Of a DNA stretch of 64,000 nt, positions 1 through 44,896 are shown one piece after another. Source of the DNA: Chrysomallon squamiferum (Eukaryota; Animalia; Mollusca); the NCBI GenBank assembly GCA_012295275.1, contig CM022672.1, positions 5,332,001 through 5,396,000 on the forward strand. Reading direction: 5' to 3'. A model generated the notes under the pieces. It ran no database searches, was not told the DNA's origin, and saw only the letters and a program-made list of their open reading frames with translations. Position numbers and translations under genes: made by a program. The number at the start of each line of letters is the position of its first letter. Position 1 is the stretch's first letter.

Positions 1-136
1 TGAAGAATTTATTATTCAGCTATTATAATTGTAGAATCCTTAATAATATTTTATTATGTTTTCAAAATGTAAAGTTCAATGAAAATTACATAATGCATAA
101 TTTTTCTTGAATATTAAAATTATTAAAATCTTAAAA

Positions 137-173
<37 letters not shown>

Positions 174-449
174 TAAAGACAAACAGAGAATAACAGAATT
201 TATTTCAACAAGATCTTTAGAAATACATTTACATTGTTTTCACCATTTTGTTTTCTTCCACTTTCATTACTACCACAGTAAAATCAAAATAAACAATTAC
301 CGAGTTTCAGTGAAAGAAAAAATAGAAAGAAAGAAGTAAAACAATAAAACAAAGAAAAAAAGAAAAAACAGACAAAAATTAAGAAAGATAGAAAAAAATA
401 AAAAAATGACGACAATAAAAAATATCGAAAATAAACGAAGTTAAATACG

Positions 450-481
<32 letters not shown>

Positions 482-1230
482 TGTATGTATAGAGACCTAA
501 TTATATTTCCATTAACTGGAACAGAACCAGTACGTTTAGACCAGTTTGTCAGTAAAAATATGTATGTCAAGGTGTCTCAAAGCGATCGTTTCCGTGCGCG
601 CCCCCTCTCGGGGAATCTACTTGAATACGTAGGACCTCCGCATCAATTAACCGCTTCATCGCGCTACGCCGACTGCACAGTCTTGAATAAAAGCGACCAC
701 GGCTTCTCTAAATCACTCGCTCTCAAACGACTCATTTCTGCTACTTAACTCCCTCCCCTGAGGGAGACCATCCATCTATTGTATACGGCGAACAGACTAA
801 AAGAAGAATTATATCTTAGTGGGGCCCTAGAGTTGTTATTACAACAATATTATGTGCGGTAATTTGTTGCCTGGCGAACGTGGCTAGGGCCCGAGAGACC
901 GGTAACCAAATTGTCGTCTATTCCAGCTAGGCGAATTGGGGCCAATTTCCAACACGACTGGAAGATTTGATTGTGAAAAGACACCGTAAATTAACGAAAA
1001 TGCAACAGATTTCGGATGTTCTCGTTCACAGCGAAATGTACACAGAAAAACAGCGATTACTTTAAAGAAAGATAAAAAAAAAATAATAATAATAAAAAAA
1101 AAAACCTATGTGATTGTGTGTGTGTGTGTGCGTGCATGCGTGTGTGTGTGTGTGTTTATGCATGAACAAATTCCAAAACAAAACAAAACAAAAATCTATA
1201 AAACAAAAAAAAAAAAACTTTCATTTCTTT

Positions 1231-1263
<33 letters not shown>

Positions 1264-3860
1264 CTTTTTTCATCTGATTTTATTTACGTAAAATAACTAA
1301 TAATAATAATACCAAAATGTGTTTGTCATAATTCATCCAGCAAACACATAATATTTATTTACTAAAACCATTTTCACAGCACCGTCCCATTTAAAATCAA
1401 TTACATAATGACGCCGTGGATTTAATATAGTAAATAGCTTTTATTAGTTGTCAATTTCACTACATTCAGTAATGGATGTCGGTAATGAAGCGAGGGTGAA
1501 ATTAATTCGTTCATCTGCCAGGTACGGAACATTTAAAGCCATACGCCATCATCCATGTACAATGGCGACTTCCAGATGAAAATGCAATACAATTTAGCGA
1601 GTGGCATTCATTAGAATATAGTCTTTTATGTTCTCATTATCTGATGGGTTTTCGCGCGCCGGCTATTTCGTATGATGTGATTTCGCTACAAACCCGGCGA
1701 TATAACTCGGCATAGAAGCTTTGTTCTCTGTTTGATGGGAAATAATTGTCGTGTATTGTTACCGGACAGAGGTTTATTTTAAATTATCGATATTAGCTGC
1801 ACTGACAATGCCACGGTTTAAAGCGACAATAAAGGGTATATTTACCATGTCCGTGGTGTTTCCCGCGCCAAGCAGCTAGTCTTAAGAAGGATGTGAAAGT
1901 TTGTGAAAATAATAAACCAGTTTATTAACAAGAATCGTACGATTAATATGCACGTTTCACACTAATTAAATATGTCGACAGCGATTTCATTTCTCCTGTT
2001 TGTAGAATCGAAATTCGTCAGTAACAGTTTATGAATTATAATGTAAACAGAGAATTGTAACATCATTTTTTTTTTTTTTAATTTTTGGGCAAAAAGACAT
2101 AAATGAGGCAGATTATATTAAACAGTTTATATTTTATATCCTTTGTGCTTATTTATTACATATTTATTTTATCGATGGATGTTGTGGCATACATGTCTAC
2201 TCATATGAATTTCTCGCCATTGTATACAGTTAAAAATGTATTGTTATCATATTTACTTACATAATTACTTTTTAGCTCAGTTTGAAAGGAGATACTGTTA
2301 ATTTTTCTTAGGGTCGAAAACATGAAAATCTAAATAAATTTCATCAAACTGTTTATTTTATTTCCAATGCTTATTAAAATTAACTTTTTTTTTTTTTTTT
2401 TTTTATTCTGTTTCTGTGGTTTCGTTCACGTCAGGATAAAAGAAAATACATTTACTAAAGACCAATTATCTGCAATCCACTTCCCGTTCCCGCTTATCTT
2501 ACGCCATTAAGGTTTAGAATATCTCTGTGTAATTTCCTCCAAAATAAATACGAACTTCCACCGAGTATCTTTCGCTACACAAGGAAACTACAACTGTCTC
2601 ATAACACATTTAGAAAGTGTTCCACCGGCCAATTACTGCTGATAAAAGAATGTTTTAATTGATATAACGCATTAATATTCGAAGAAAAATGTCTTTCGTC
2701 TTGCGCCGGCCGACATATCATGCCGGTCTAACTTTGATAGCGATCACCTAACGGAAATAGAAGTTCATAGGCACCGTGCGTACACTATCAAACCAGGAGG
2801 ACTCTGCCCTTTCCAGGAAGCTGGTATCAAGATTCGCGCAGAAGAGCTGTCTATTCGTTAACTGGCAAAAACGAACCCCTCTACCCTTTCTGACAACCCT
2901 TTCAGATTAAACGCTTCTCATTTAGGTTCGTTATAGGAGAAATTGGCTGGCCTTTGAAATACTGTTTTCCTGTCGTCTTTGTCCGTCTCAGAATATCGAC
3001 GTTTCTTGAAATAATCTTAATATTGTCAGTTGCCACATTTTATCAGTTAGAGTCTTAAAAAAAAAAAAAAAATTATTCTTTTTACGCTTTATTATTTTTC
3101 TTCTATTAATTTTTTTTTTTTTTTTTTTTTCCCTTGTGGTCTCTCGTTTTTAACATTCTCTCTCCTCTCTATTTCTTTCTGTCTCTCTCTCTCTCTTTCT
3201 TTCTCTCACTCTTTCTCTCACTCAGTCACTCACTCACCCTGTTAATCGTTTCTTTTCTTTGGGTTTTTTGTGGAAAATATTTTTATTAATGTGCCCTTCG
3301 GGGGCCTCCGCGTTCCGAGTCGAACAGCAACGAAGTCCATCGTTGCCCGATCTCTCATCTTTATTAATGCTTACGGAGCGTAAGATGTCACCGAATCAAA
3401 TTAATGTATCAGCTGGAAAGACCGAAGATGAGGCTGAAACGGTCTGTAAAATTTCTGAACAGGTCCCGCTATTGTTGATAATATTGACCGAAGAACTGAT
3501 AAGAGTCTTATTAAATATGACCTCGACTTCCCGAACGTAAGTCACTCCTCGGCTCGGGCCTCGATGATAAATAAGTCACGGGTTCACAGACGATGCAGGC
3601 AGAATGGCAAATTGAGTTTCCGGAAATATTCCTCTTTCTACCGTTTTTTCTGGTTTTTGCACTCTTAAGAATATGAGCATTATTTTGGCAGTTTTTTTTT
3701 GTTGTTTTTTTTTGTTTTTTATTTATATAGATTTCTCTAAAACCTAATTTGGGTTTTTAAGGCCAGTAAGGGTAGGATTCATTTTATGTCTGTTTCATTT
3801 GCGTATCGTTTCTCTTAAAAAGAAATTCTTAAAGAAGAGGTGAAAAATCATTTCAAGGGG

Positions 3861-3916
<56 letters not shown>

Positions 3917-4934
3917 AGTTGTATATTAATAATTTATTTATTTTTAATTAGAGTAATGTTTACAGCTATCCTTTAAACTGAATTTCGTTAGATATTTAAA
4001 AATTATTTATTTGCAAACAAATAATATATGTATACATGTCTGAACATTTTTAATATCTTCTTCTTCTTCTTCTTCTTCTTCTTATTATTATTATTATAGA
4101 CAGAAGTAACTAAAACACAATCACTACGTGTAAATATAGCTTCGCCTCGCCTCATAAATCAATGTTCTTTTTCGTTCACTCTTTCTCTCTTTCTTTCTTT
4201 CTCGTACAAATCGACACGAAACACCTGTCATCTCACCTTGACTAGATAAGCGCTGATTGTATAAACACACATGACAGAAAGTACACTAATTTACTTATTT
4301 ACAACACACACTACATGTTTAACACCAACAGCCAGCCGGCCACCCATCCCCCCTGGGCCAATTTGTCAGCATCGCATTCGACTGGTATCGGTTACTGGAC
4401 GTCGCTGTTTTCGCGGCCGGTCGTTGTGCAACTTGCCGTCTGCGATCACGTCTGCTCGCTGGGCAAACCGCGGGGTGTTATCACACTGGATGGTCATTCC
4501 GCAACAAACCCTGACGTTTTCTGCTTTCATCAGTCGGGCAGTTTAATTATTTAGACAAACTAAAGTAGCCGAGTACTTGTTACGCAGATGGGAAAAAAAA
4601 GACATCTACGTAGTGTTAGTAATTTCCCCCTGGACCCGGGGGAGCACCGTCGCCAGATTGCTCGGTCAAAACCGGCTTTGTTCTAATCGTAACGTATTTT
4701 TCCAGCAACTGGACAAAACGTTTCTTTAATACAAGGGGTGGCATCATCTACGTAATGCACCATTGAAAGTTAATATTTATTACTTTTTAATGAGTTTTAA
4801 GTTAAGTAGGCTTTACGTGGTTGTAAGGACGCATCTGCCATGTTGTTCGTTTTGGTTAATTTTTTGACATATTAAACAAACACATGTAATGTAAGAATGT
4901 AACAACAACAACAACAAAAACAATAATAATAATT

Positions 4935-4975
<41 letters not shown>

Positions 4976-5332
4976 TATTATTACAACATTAAAATGTAAA
5001 ATGATTTGTTCATGATAGACAGTCAAGTTATTTTTAATACCTTAAATACTAAATAATTACTTTCGAAAGCCAAGATCTGAATCCAGAAACTTTTTTAAAA
5101 GTTATTTATGATTACAAAATGGCGTAGTAAATATTGAAAATGAAAGAAACGTCTATTTACGAGAAACAAATATTTAATGATCCAGGGTAAGCTGAAAACA
5201 TGCAAGTAAACAGAAAACACATTCAGCAAATGATTAAAACAGTCAGTTTTGTTTTCTCAATTGTCGACTTCCAACTTGATGTGGAAACCAAACTGCATCA
5301 CCAGTAAAAAAAAAATAATAAAATATGTATAC

Positions 5333-5365
<33 letters not shown>

Positions 5366-6188
5366 TACATACATACATACAAATGTAAATACATTTTAAC
5401 AGATACGTGGTTATACACTTAGTAGCTTGCAATCTCGCCAAGTGTAAGTCATATTACGACAAACGCTCGGGTTCAAAGCCTTCATGAAATGTTCCCATCA
5501 AAGCGACAACTTCCCTTCATTAAATATTTACAAGTAATTCTCATCAATTAACCAGCAGCCATCAAATTGCAAAAAGTCTGCCAGGCGAATTGCCGCCAGT
5601 CCAGTCATCTTACATATTATAGCTTTAACGAATGCTCGGCCTTATTTCAAGGCTATTATGTTAGACTCATCCCTCGCCCTCCCGCTCCCCCACCCTCCCA
5701 CCTCCCCGAAACCATGGTAATGGCGACTTTAATGATATTGAGGATATCTCCGCAACAGTTAACATGTTTACTCTCTCTGTCGTGCTGTTAGCTTCTTTAT
5801 TATGTGTTTTATCGGTTAGAAAGAAATAAAAAAAAATACTGTTTTCAGAAAAATCCCTTGACGAAGTTTTCCTCCTTCTTCAAACAGATGATTATACATG
5901 CCTTTCCACTTAAAACATTAATATCTCCACTCGTGTGGCAAAACAGTTTAGTTTTAGAGCTCGTAAAATATTTGAATTTTCTTTTATATCTTTTTACCTA
6001 CGTCGATCTTAATGTACGACAAAAACACACGATACATGTTATCTGTAATTTAATTTCTGCATATTATCATTATATATATATATATATATTTTTTATTTTT
6101 TAATGTACGTTAATTCTTTAATTATTATTATTATTATTATTTGTTTAAAACTCTCTGTATCTTTCAAATGACATCAACGCAAATTGTG

Positions 6189-6198
6189 TCCCTAGGGA
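6189..6198. promoter_or_regulatory. Perfect COE/EBF binding palindrome TCCCTAGGGA in a COE intron
   Basis: Matches the TCCCNNGGGA consensus; second match TCCCGGGGGA at 21680-21689. Confidence 0.5.
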
Positions 6199-6568
6199 TA
6201 CAGCCTAAATGTCGACATTTCTCCTGGGTCTGGTAAAAATATGTTAGCAAACATAATCCGTTAGTTTGTTTCGCGATCGAGTCATTTCAGTTAGAATTCT
6301 GCAGCGGTATGACAGGATTTTTCTTTGTCAAAACTACAGGTGGAGAGTTTTAACGTAGAACTTAAACAAAAATAATTTTACTGTTTTTGAAAAAACAAAG
6401 GGCAAAAAGTAACCAGCAAAACATGATCATGGTTTGGCATCAGGTAATGCAGTGTTCATTATCTTCATTTTAATATACTTTTGTATTTCGACTGAACTTT
6501 ATTTATTTTAAATAGATTTTAAGCCTTCTTCTGAGGCTTTTGATACCGAAAATCAAATACTAATTTAA

Positions 6569-35956
<29,388 letters not shown>

Positions 35957-36163
35957 ACTCAGTAGAAGCGAAAACAGAAAAGAAAGAGTAAAAAAAAACG
36001 TAAAAAAAGTAAATACAAAAAATATATAATTATAAATTAAAAAAAAAAGGACGGAGGCGTTTTTCATGAATCTTCTTCCTTCACGTCATCAACAAAAGAA
36101 CTGTTTCTTAGATTCTCTCCACAACAACGTTTTTTCTCATCAACACGACGACTGCGTATTAAA

Positions 36164-36166
<3 letters not shown>

Positions 36167-36196
<30 letters not shown>
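36167..36196 (+). repeat. (CTG)10 in the putative 3' UTR of COE isoform B
   Basis: Perfect trinucleotide run about 210 nt after the stop codon. Confidence 0.9.
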
Positions 36197-36198
<2 letters not shown>

Positions 36199-38881
36199 TG
36201 AGACGAATGTAAAGGAGAATTGATATATGTGTGTTTATTTGTTTTATTGTCAACGATCGTAACACTGAAATTCAACAGCACTGACAGAGCCTGCAGTGTA
36301 CAGTGTGGTGTGTTCAGAGAGAGAGAGAAGGTTGAAGAACAAGAACTGAATTAAGCTCGGAGATGTTAAGATTGTCTTTTAAATCGCCAAGAAAGACAAA
36401 AACACGCTCAGAAAGCTGTCTTCTTCTTCTTCTTCTTCTTTTTTTTTTTTTTTTGTTTTTTAAATTTTATTTTCAACATCGATTGTCGAGTTCAAAGTCG
36501 GCTCAAACTAACTTATTCTTTTCGAGTGCTTTAGTCAACGTGTTGTTCGATAGCTGATGATAAAAAACAAAAACAAAGTGTACTTTTACGAGATTCCAAC
36601 TCGCTGCATAATGATGAATTTCTTTTTTTTTTTTTTCATCATCATTTATTGACGTTTTAATCTTGTAAAATATTTTATTCAGGAGATTTATATATATTAA
36701 AAAAAAGAAGAAAAAAAAGACTAACTTTTATTTCTTGCCAAGGGAAATAACTATTTGATAATGTACATAATTTATATAGAAATTTTAGTCCCTATGACAG
36801 ACATTTGTGCTCACAGAAAGTGAGTTTTATTTATTTGTCTTCATTCTAGTCACTTTTTTTAACAAGCAAAATAGGACGGTGCCAAGTTAGAGATTTTTTT
36901 ATAAATTTTTTTTTTTTTTAAATCTCTTTTATGTTGAGTAAATTGTAGATGTGTTTGATTATAAATATTTATCACCATGTTATAGCATTCAGAAATACTT
37001 CTGGTTAATTCTTACCGAAGTGTGTGTGTGTGTGTGTGTGTGTATTTTGCTTGAGGCAGCGTCGTAGGTATGTGCATGCGGCAACACAAAAAGGACATTA
37101 AGTGTTGCAGACGTCAAGACAGATAGGACTCAAGTCCCAGCAGGATTTCAGCAAAATACAGACAGGACGTGGTCGTACGTATGTTCATATGACAAGGCAA
37201 ACCAAGAGATTAGCCAGTTTCTAACGCCTGTGCATACCAAACAAAGAAATTAGATGTAGATACTTTTTTTAATTATTACATTATTGCAATCGCTTGCAAG
37301 ATGTATTTGATTCTGTGATTAATATGCGCTCAGAACTTTACTACTAGTATTGGGTTTGTACTCGATCAGCGGTAAATTTACTTAAGCTATTACACTTGCC
37401 AAGTTGTACAGAAAACTATTACGGAGGTTTTATTATTATCATTATACGTGAATATGACCATTTTTGTTACATAAAGATTATTATTTTTGTATATTTGTAT
37501 TTTCTGCACCAAATGAAATCTTTAGATCCGCATCTGTAGAATTATTTTTTATTGGTTTTTAATGTTTAAAAATAAGTTTTGGAATCTTAAGTATCTGTAC
37601 CAAAACAACATGAGTCTGACGACAAAAGCAGTCACAACATAATCGATACAACTGTAAAATAACAGTAACGGCAACAACAACATCATTAATAACAAGTAGC
37701 TTCCAAAAACAACAATAATAATAATAATAATAACAATGTCAACATCTATAACATTAAAACATTTACTATGCAATTAATGGACAAAATCCACAGATTATGC
37801 AAAAACTAAAAGTCAAAATATATAACTACAATAATCATTATATTTGCCAGTTACTCGGTTAAATAGCTAGTCAGAAGAATCGAGTAACACGCGTGTTGTA
37901 ACACAAAGAAAGATAATTCTTCTAATGCGGATACTATCGGAGATTAGCTACACAGGCGTGAGTTTGATCTAGTCAAATTATATTCTTATTTTTTATTCTG
38001 TCTATCAGACTTTGCTTTTAATCTAATCTGTTTTGTTTTGGTTTTTTCTTTTAAAATCTGGATGTTGTACTAATTCTTTATTATTTTAAAATCTAGTCAA
38101 TAACTAAATGTATGCCGCTTTTAATTTGATGACGTCATGATAAACTGGAAATGTATTATTTGTGATATCGATCGACTGTATGAAAATGAATGTATTCAGA
38201 CGAGTTATTATATAACATCACAAACAAATTTTGTATTGTTTGTTTCAGGAATAAATATAATCAGTTTATCGGGGTTGATGAATCAGTGGCAGTGTGTCTA
38301 ACATAGTATTCAAAGATTTATTAAAGCACAGTCATAAATATTTTCCTTTTTCTTTTCACCGTTATAAAATTAGCATGAAACAAACAATAGTAAATAAATA
38401 AAAATTAGACGATAATATGTAGAAATAATAATAATAATCCGAAATATTAAATGACCCTTGGAAGAATCTTTCAAAAAATGATCTTGGGCACACGGCTTTA
38501 AAAACATTTCGTCATCCCTAACCTAGATTTCTTTTTAATTCATGTTTATTCGTGGGTTTTAGGGGTTGGATTTTTTTGTGTGTTTTTTTTTACATTAAAC
38601 ATTATTAATACTTACAAAAGATTACATTTAAAGCAGCAACATTTCAGTGTGAACAGATGTCAACATTCACTTTACAAATATATTTAACAATATTTCTTAT
38701 GACGTCAATTACACTGTAGATAAAGTATTAAAATGATCAATGCATTATAAAATATGACATAAATTCAAAAAAAAAAAAAATATATATATATATATTTTAC
38801 TTAGTGCACTGATATCTATGTATAACTGTAGTAAAACCATTGGAAAATAAATGTTTGTCATTCTTAAGCACTATATCTATA

Positions 38882-39198
38882 CAGGCTGAGGATTCTTTGT
38901 TCGAAGTTCAGAAACCCGAAAAGCTCCGAAATCTGAAACCTTGTGATTAATTAGGTCTATAGTTTTCCGTTCACAAACCTCATTTCATGCACAGATTTAT
39001 TGATAATATTGAAAAAAAAAAATAAAAAAAATAAATAAATAAATAAATAAAAATCTGCAGACTAACTGTAAAAGCTATGTAAGAAATACTAAAGAGTTTC
39101 GTGTTTAGACTTCGAACATATTGTAATGCTATTTCCTTATACTCCAAAATCTGAAAGATTTCCGACCTCAAGCATTTCGGATAAGGAATCCTCAGCTT
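38882..39198. mobile_element. Non-autonomous pogo/Tigger-like DNA transposon (MITE), degenerate
   Basis: Imperfect TIRs CAGGCTGAGGATTCTTTGTTCGAA and TTCGGATAAGGAATCCTCAGCTT; TA on the left; subterminal CTCC(G/A)AAATCTGAAA repeated; resembles recalled Tigger4/MER46 ends. Confidence 0.7.
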
Positions 39199-39551
39199 TC
39201 ATGTAGAAATCATGGTCAGAACAGTGGTTTATATCACAATATAGAAACTGTGTTTATCAGAGTATAGTCACTAATGAGATTTATAGTGTGCACAGAGAAG
39301 GCGTTCGGGACTGATTCTCTATCGATCTCAAGATAATTTCTGTTCTTTCTTTTTTTTTTTTAATATTTCACACCACTCCTTCCTCAAAAAGTACTATTTA
39401 TTATTGAAATTATTGTTTTTATATATATTGAAAGTTTGACAATGATTAAACTGTTTTCTTCCGTCACTGTTGTTTGTTTTTCTGTTTAATTTGTTTTGTT
39501 AAATGATGTACTCTTGAAACAAGTAGCGACAATCCAACTACAAAATGTTTT

Positions 39552-39630
<79 letters not shown>

Positions 39631-40429
39631 TTAATTCATATGGTTTATGCTATGCCTATGCTATGCTATGTTATGCTGTTCAATGCTACACTAAACTACA
39701 ACATACTATACAAAACTAGACAAGAAGAGACCAGACCATATTATACATTATATTAGAGAAACGAGTTGTTTTTTACAGAACATCATTCATCTACGAATGA
39801 CAAAATTTATATCGTTTTCCTCTTTGACTCACATCTATTGATCCTACTTCGTAAAGACAATTCAATCTTAGCAGTCACATAATTTCAAAGTTCAAAAAGA
39901 ATAATTCTATTTAAACAATACAAAGTCACGGAATGGTCACAAAAGAAGGAAACTACGAACTTCTGCCTTTTAAAGAAAACACAGAACTGATTACAATTCT
40001 TACACAAAGGTATTTTGGCAAGATCCTTGACTGACTGTATTAAAATCACTGAATCAAAAGTGTACAAAGAATCCTTTGACAAATGATGAAAAGAAAAGTA
40101 AGGAGTTTTTTATCAGTTGTATGACACGGTATATAATGTTAACAACTTATAAACGACTTTTAACTCCTTTACACATCTTGGTGAAAGTGTGCTTTCTGTC
40201 TTTCATGATACGCAGCCTAAAGAAGAGGTCTAAACTAATATGAAGACCTGTTAAGTGTTACTCTGCAGATTACCAGATTTAACCGGTCAGAACTAGAAAC
40301 AGTGCGTCATGCAAAACAGACTTTTATCTTGTGTTTAATTACAGGACAACAAGAATAATTCATACTGAATATAAATGAAAGAGACTTTAAGTATTTTTTA
40401 TTTTATATGGATTATCATTTCTCTCTCTC

Positions 40430-40468
<39 letters not shown>

Positions 40469-42725
40469 AGTTTTATCTATATATCTGTTTCACACAAAAA
40501 AAAAAAATATAATATTTTCAGATTTGTTTATTATATTTTTCACAAATAAAACATTTAAAACGAATGAATTATAATGAACATATTTTTAACATAAGCTGCA
40601 AGTTCTTATTTTATTTTTAGATTTGAAGAAATATTGTGACTAACCTTTACCATAATAACATGTTTTTAAAAATAATTATCATTTTGTTTTCATTATTTAT
40701 GGGACCAAAGTGATTGTTCTACCATTCTGACCATGTCAGAACGTCGACGCGTAATTACGACCACAAATCATGTGAGTACGACAGTTTGAAGAAAGAACTA
40801 ACCACAAAAAAAAAGTGTTTGTTTTCTGTTACGTTCTGTTTGTCAGACAAAAGACACACGACCCAAGTCGCCTAACACTCCGACCTAACCTCCTGTTCCA
40901 TCGACAGGGAATAAAACACTTCTGTAATGGCGTTTTTTGAAAAATGGACCCAAAAAAAAAATGGCGTCCCATCACCTCGCGAGCAGCAGAGCCATAATTT
41001 GCTGGCAAAGGTCGGCGAGCTCCGAGCACGTTGATGATAACTTTAATAGACTTGGAATGGACTCCATTTGACGACAATGGCAGCCTTAATCTCGCAGCAG
41101 ACTGCTAGTGACGGGGACGTGTTGCCAATGATTTTTGACTTTGGTCGGAGCCATTAAGACTGACTGGAATTGTCATTGTGATTGATTGCACACTGGGGCT
41201 GGTGCTTCATGCAGTTGTCAGTCGAGGATGTATTGCTGCGGCTCATAACAAGTCATTCAATCTGTGACGGAGTCCACTTTGACCAGATTCTCTTTCATGC
41301 CCAACTCGTGAATCGAACGTCTGAAATGCGTGGAGATTTCTCTTTCTTTTTCTTCCCTTTGGAGAATATTAGACAAATGAAACGGCTTTGTTACGCTGTC
41401 AGAAACGTTAACGTGTAGTTAATTTGTTTAGCGTAAGTAACAATGTCGTTCATTCTCAGATTCGCAATACACAGAAACAATACAGAGTAAATAATACACA
41501 TACGACTGTGGACTTTTAACTTTTTTTTTTTCTTTTTTTTATGAAATGTCAAGTGATAATACGTTTTAAATATAGATTCAGTGCAGAAACGGTAATATGT
41601 TAATTCATTTGAGTGACATATAAATAAAAATTTGCACAAACTATTTGTCGCTAGTTTTCGTTGAAACCATCATTATAAGTCTACAAATATCATTCTATCG
41701 TCAAAATCGTTATTGGAAAAATTGGAGTTACGTAATAGTGTATCTGTATAAACTGCGAGACAAACAAGTTAATATTCTATTGTATATTTTTGTTATTCAT
41801 TAGTTTTTATTGTCTGAGGATTATTGCCATACATGAAAATGAAATGAAAATGAAAATATTGATCTCAGTAATGAGCTAACCACCAACAGCACAAACAAAC
41901 AGCGACTCGCCTGTTGTTGTTGCAGTTTAAGTCCCATACAATTATGATTTTTTCTGAAAACACTTGAATGTTATTGCGGCGTTGTATCGCGTGACCCCAT
42001 TTAAATGAATTATGTATTTGGACAATATTGTCACATCCCTGGCGATCACAAATTAAATCATTCTCATAGCTCTCTAAATCCACAAATAAAGCACTTTGTA
42101 AATTGTTCAAATTCGTCTCTTTGGAGGTAATATAATTGTAAAACAATACGATTTCATGCGCGAGGGTGCAGCGTGCTTCGTCGGGCCGTTCTTGTTTTCG
42201 TTGCAGTTGCGCGAACATGTGTGGTAAATGAACCAGTGACATACCATCTGTCCAAGAATTTCGCCCGAATTATTTGCTGCGGGACTTTTCAAGTCGCGTT
42301 CGCCCGTGACGTGTTTCCGTTGTTTGATGTCCTTATTAAAGAGATATTTTAGGTGGCGTGCTCAAAAAGGAGATCTTATACGGACAGACTGCCTCTTTCT
42401 TTTGATCATTGCGTCCGTTCTGGACAAAGTATTGTTGTCGCCATCACTTGGCCACAATGAGGCCGACAGCCGCACGAGGGTGTCTCGTGCAGGCCACGCG
42501 CTTCCCCGGTTCAGCAGTGGCGCGTGACAGTGAAAACACCAATAATTGTTCTGTAATGTGCAACGAAAACAGGAATTGAGAAGATGGCTTTTATTACAGT
42601 GACGTCTAATGATCGTGAGAAAGAAAGAGGAAGAGTTATTTTGTAAAATGGGTGTTACAGAGAAGACCTGCTGTTATTTTCTTTTCATCAAACTTCGTCA
42701 CCTTGGAAACATCTTTATCCGCCCA

Positions 42726-42758
<33 letters not shown>

Positions 42759-43587
42759 TATTTAAATTAATAATAATGATTATTTAAATTCATTTATTTT
42801 ATTTACTGGTTTACTTTGTTGCTATGTGACACACACACACACACACACACGATATAAAAATTATTAGAAAACATAATCATATTACTGTTGATTACAACGT
42901 CGTCATTGCTACTACTACTAGCAAATTCATTTAATTTGTATTGAATTAATGTAAAGAAAAGGGAAAATAAAGAAAAACAAAACACACAGTTCGTGTTTTT
43001 CCATGCTGACAAACTACAAATTAATACGTATTATTTATTTATTTTCAAAAAATCACGATGCATCAGAAAAAAAAAAAAAGATTTTATTATCAACTAAGAG
43101 TTAACAAATAAATTCTACTTTTTCAAATGTAAAAAGCTGAACAAGGCAATAACAATTTAGATTTCTCGTTTACTTTTTTTTTTATATATAGTAATGTGAT
43201 GTTTATACGTTTTTCTTATAAATTCTTTATTAAGAAATAAAGTGCTAGCGTGAAAGGTCGTCGAAATATCGGATAAGGCAAAGTCGTATTATGACTACAA
43301 TATCATTTTTTTTCATTCTAAAATAATTTAAAGAATTTCCTATTAAGTCATAAAATCTGCAGTAAACTTCTACCGTCTGTTCTAAAGCAGAGTCGGTAGT
43401 CATTACAATTATTTTAACTTTTTCTTTTCTTAAAAAAAAAAAATAATAATAAAAATTCAGTTTAAAAAGTGTTACTTGAATTATAGTATGGGCGAATGTA
43501 TTATTTGTTAATTTTAAAATATTGAATTTTTTTTTTTTTTTTTTTTGGGCGAATGTATCCGTTTTTGTTAATTTGAGAGAAAAAATA

Positions 43588-43877
43588 TTGAAAACATATA
43601 TTTTTTTTTTTTTTTTTTTTACAAAGATTTTATCCGTTTTAACGCATATATATTAATTTTTCGGTTTAATAATCATTTATGTATACAAATTGTCATTATG
43701 ATAAATAAATTTGAGAAAACTGAATGGTAATTATATATTCTTGAAAACATATAAAGAAAAAATATTAATGCTACATTACAAAGATTTTTACATTTTACAG
43801 AACATATATATTAATTTTTCGGTTTAATAATCATTTATGTATACAATCTGTTTTCAGTCATTATGATAAATAAATTT
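43588..43877. repeat. Diverged tandem duplication, about 155-bp period
   Basis: ttgaaaacatata, acaaagatttt, catatatattaatttttcggtttaataatcatttatgtatacaa and gtcattatgataaataaattt each occur twice in the same order. Confidence 0.85.
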
Positions 43878-44786
43878 AAAAATTCCAGTATTGTGAAAAT
43901 TCGTAATTTTTTATTTTTATGTTTTTTATTTGGTTTTTTAATACGGTTAAAAAAAAAAACACTGCTTAGTATGTATTTGTTTATGATTAATTTTTCGTTG
44001 CTTTATTATATTTTTATATATATGTGTCTGTATGAGCTCAATATTAATTTTCTTTATTATTTTGTCTTTCTGTTTTAACGTGTGTCTGCGTACATATGTG
44101 TACGTACTGTGTGCGTGTGTGTTTGCGTGTGCGTGAGGGGGGATAGAGTGACCAGGTACAATGAAATGTTGGGAAAACTCTGTTTTCAAGTACAGTTTGG
44201 TCGACGCCAAACGAAATTGCTTTGAACGCCTTGGTGTCAAATGTCAATAATCAGTTACCGATATTGACCGGTCTAGGTGATCAGTTTGAACTGATGGAGT
44301 GATCAGAGCTCTAAACAAAATTTTGTTTGTAAAGTTGATCAACAACCAATGAAAACTGATACTGATTACCGGAAATTGTGCAACAGCATAATGCGATATC
44401 CGTTTCCGGTTTAACTACTATCGGTTATCAGTTAATAATTAAGAATCAGGAGTCACTGACCTCTAGTTAATATTAATCTAATAAAGGTTTAAATACGATA
44501 AACTCTAATAAACAAATATGCGACTGGTCAACATGTAAGTCAACAACATCTTGATAAATTAATCAGTAAAAATTATCACTTTACTGGGCTACAGCAGCGT
44601 CCCGAACTCCTCGAAGTGGTGTAGAAAACTCAAAATTTATAGTTGACCAAATGACCTATTAGCACAGAAATCAACTGAGAATTATATTCGTAATAAACTG
44701 ATAATTACATTCGTAATAATAATACTGTCCAGGAAAGGCGTAGAGGTTAAGACGATAACTAACTTCAACTTTTTTATAATAATCAT

Positions 44787-44896
44787 ATGTTAAGTTTGTT
44801 GAAATTTTCTTTCTTTCCTCAGACAAAAAAGAAGAAAAAAAGTTAAGTTTAAGGAAATGTAACTTCAAAAACTATGTGCCTGTGTGTCTATATATA
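44787..44896. repeat. About 110-bp direct repeat, copy 1 (copy 2 at 46263-46372)
   Basis: atgttaagtttgttgaaattttctttc...aactatgtgcctgt.tgtctatatata, two mismatches seen; explains the twin MKLHFLKLNFFSSF ORFs. Confidence 0.92.

Noticed and set aside
5407-5480. B-box-like GGTTCAAAGCC and a tacactt/aagtgta stem suggesting a tRNA or SINE head
   Set aside because: No cloverleaf and no convincing A-box spacing.
41865-42527. ORFs of 61-125 aa in the downstream GC-balanced island
   Set aside because: No recognisable domain or consistent splice structure; better explained as non-coding regulatory sequence.
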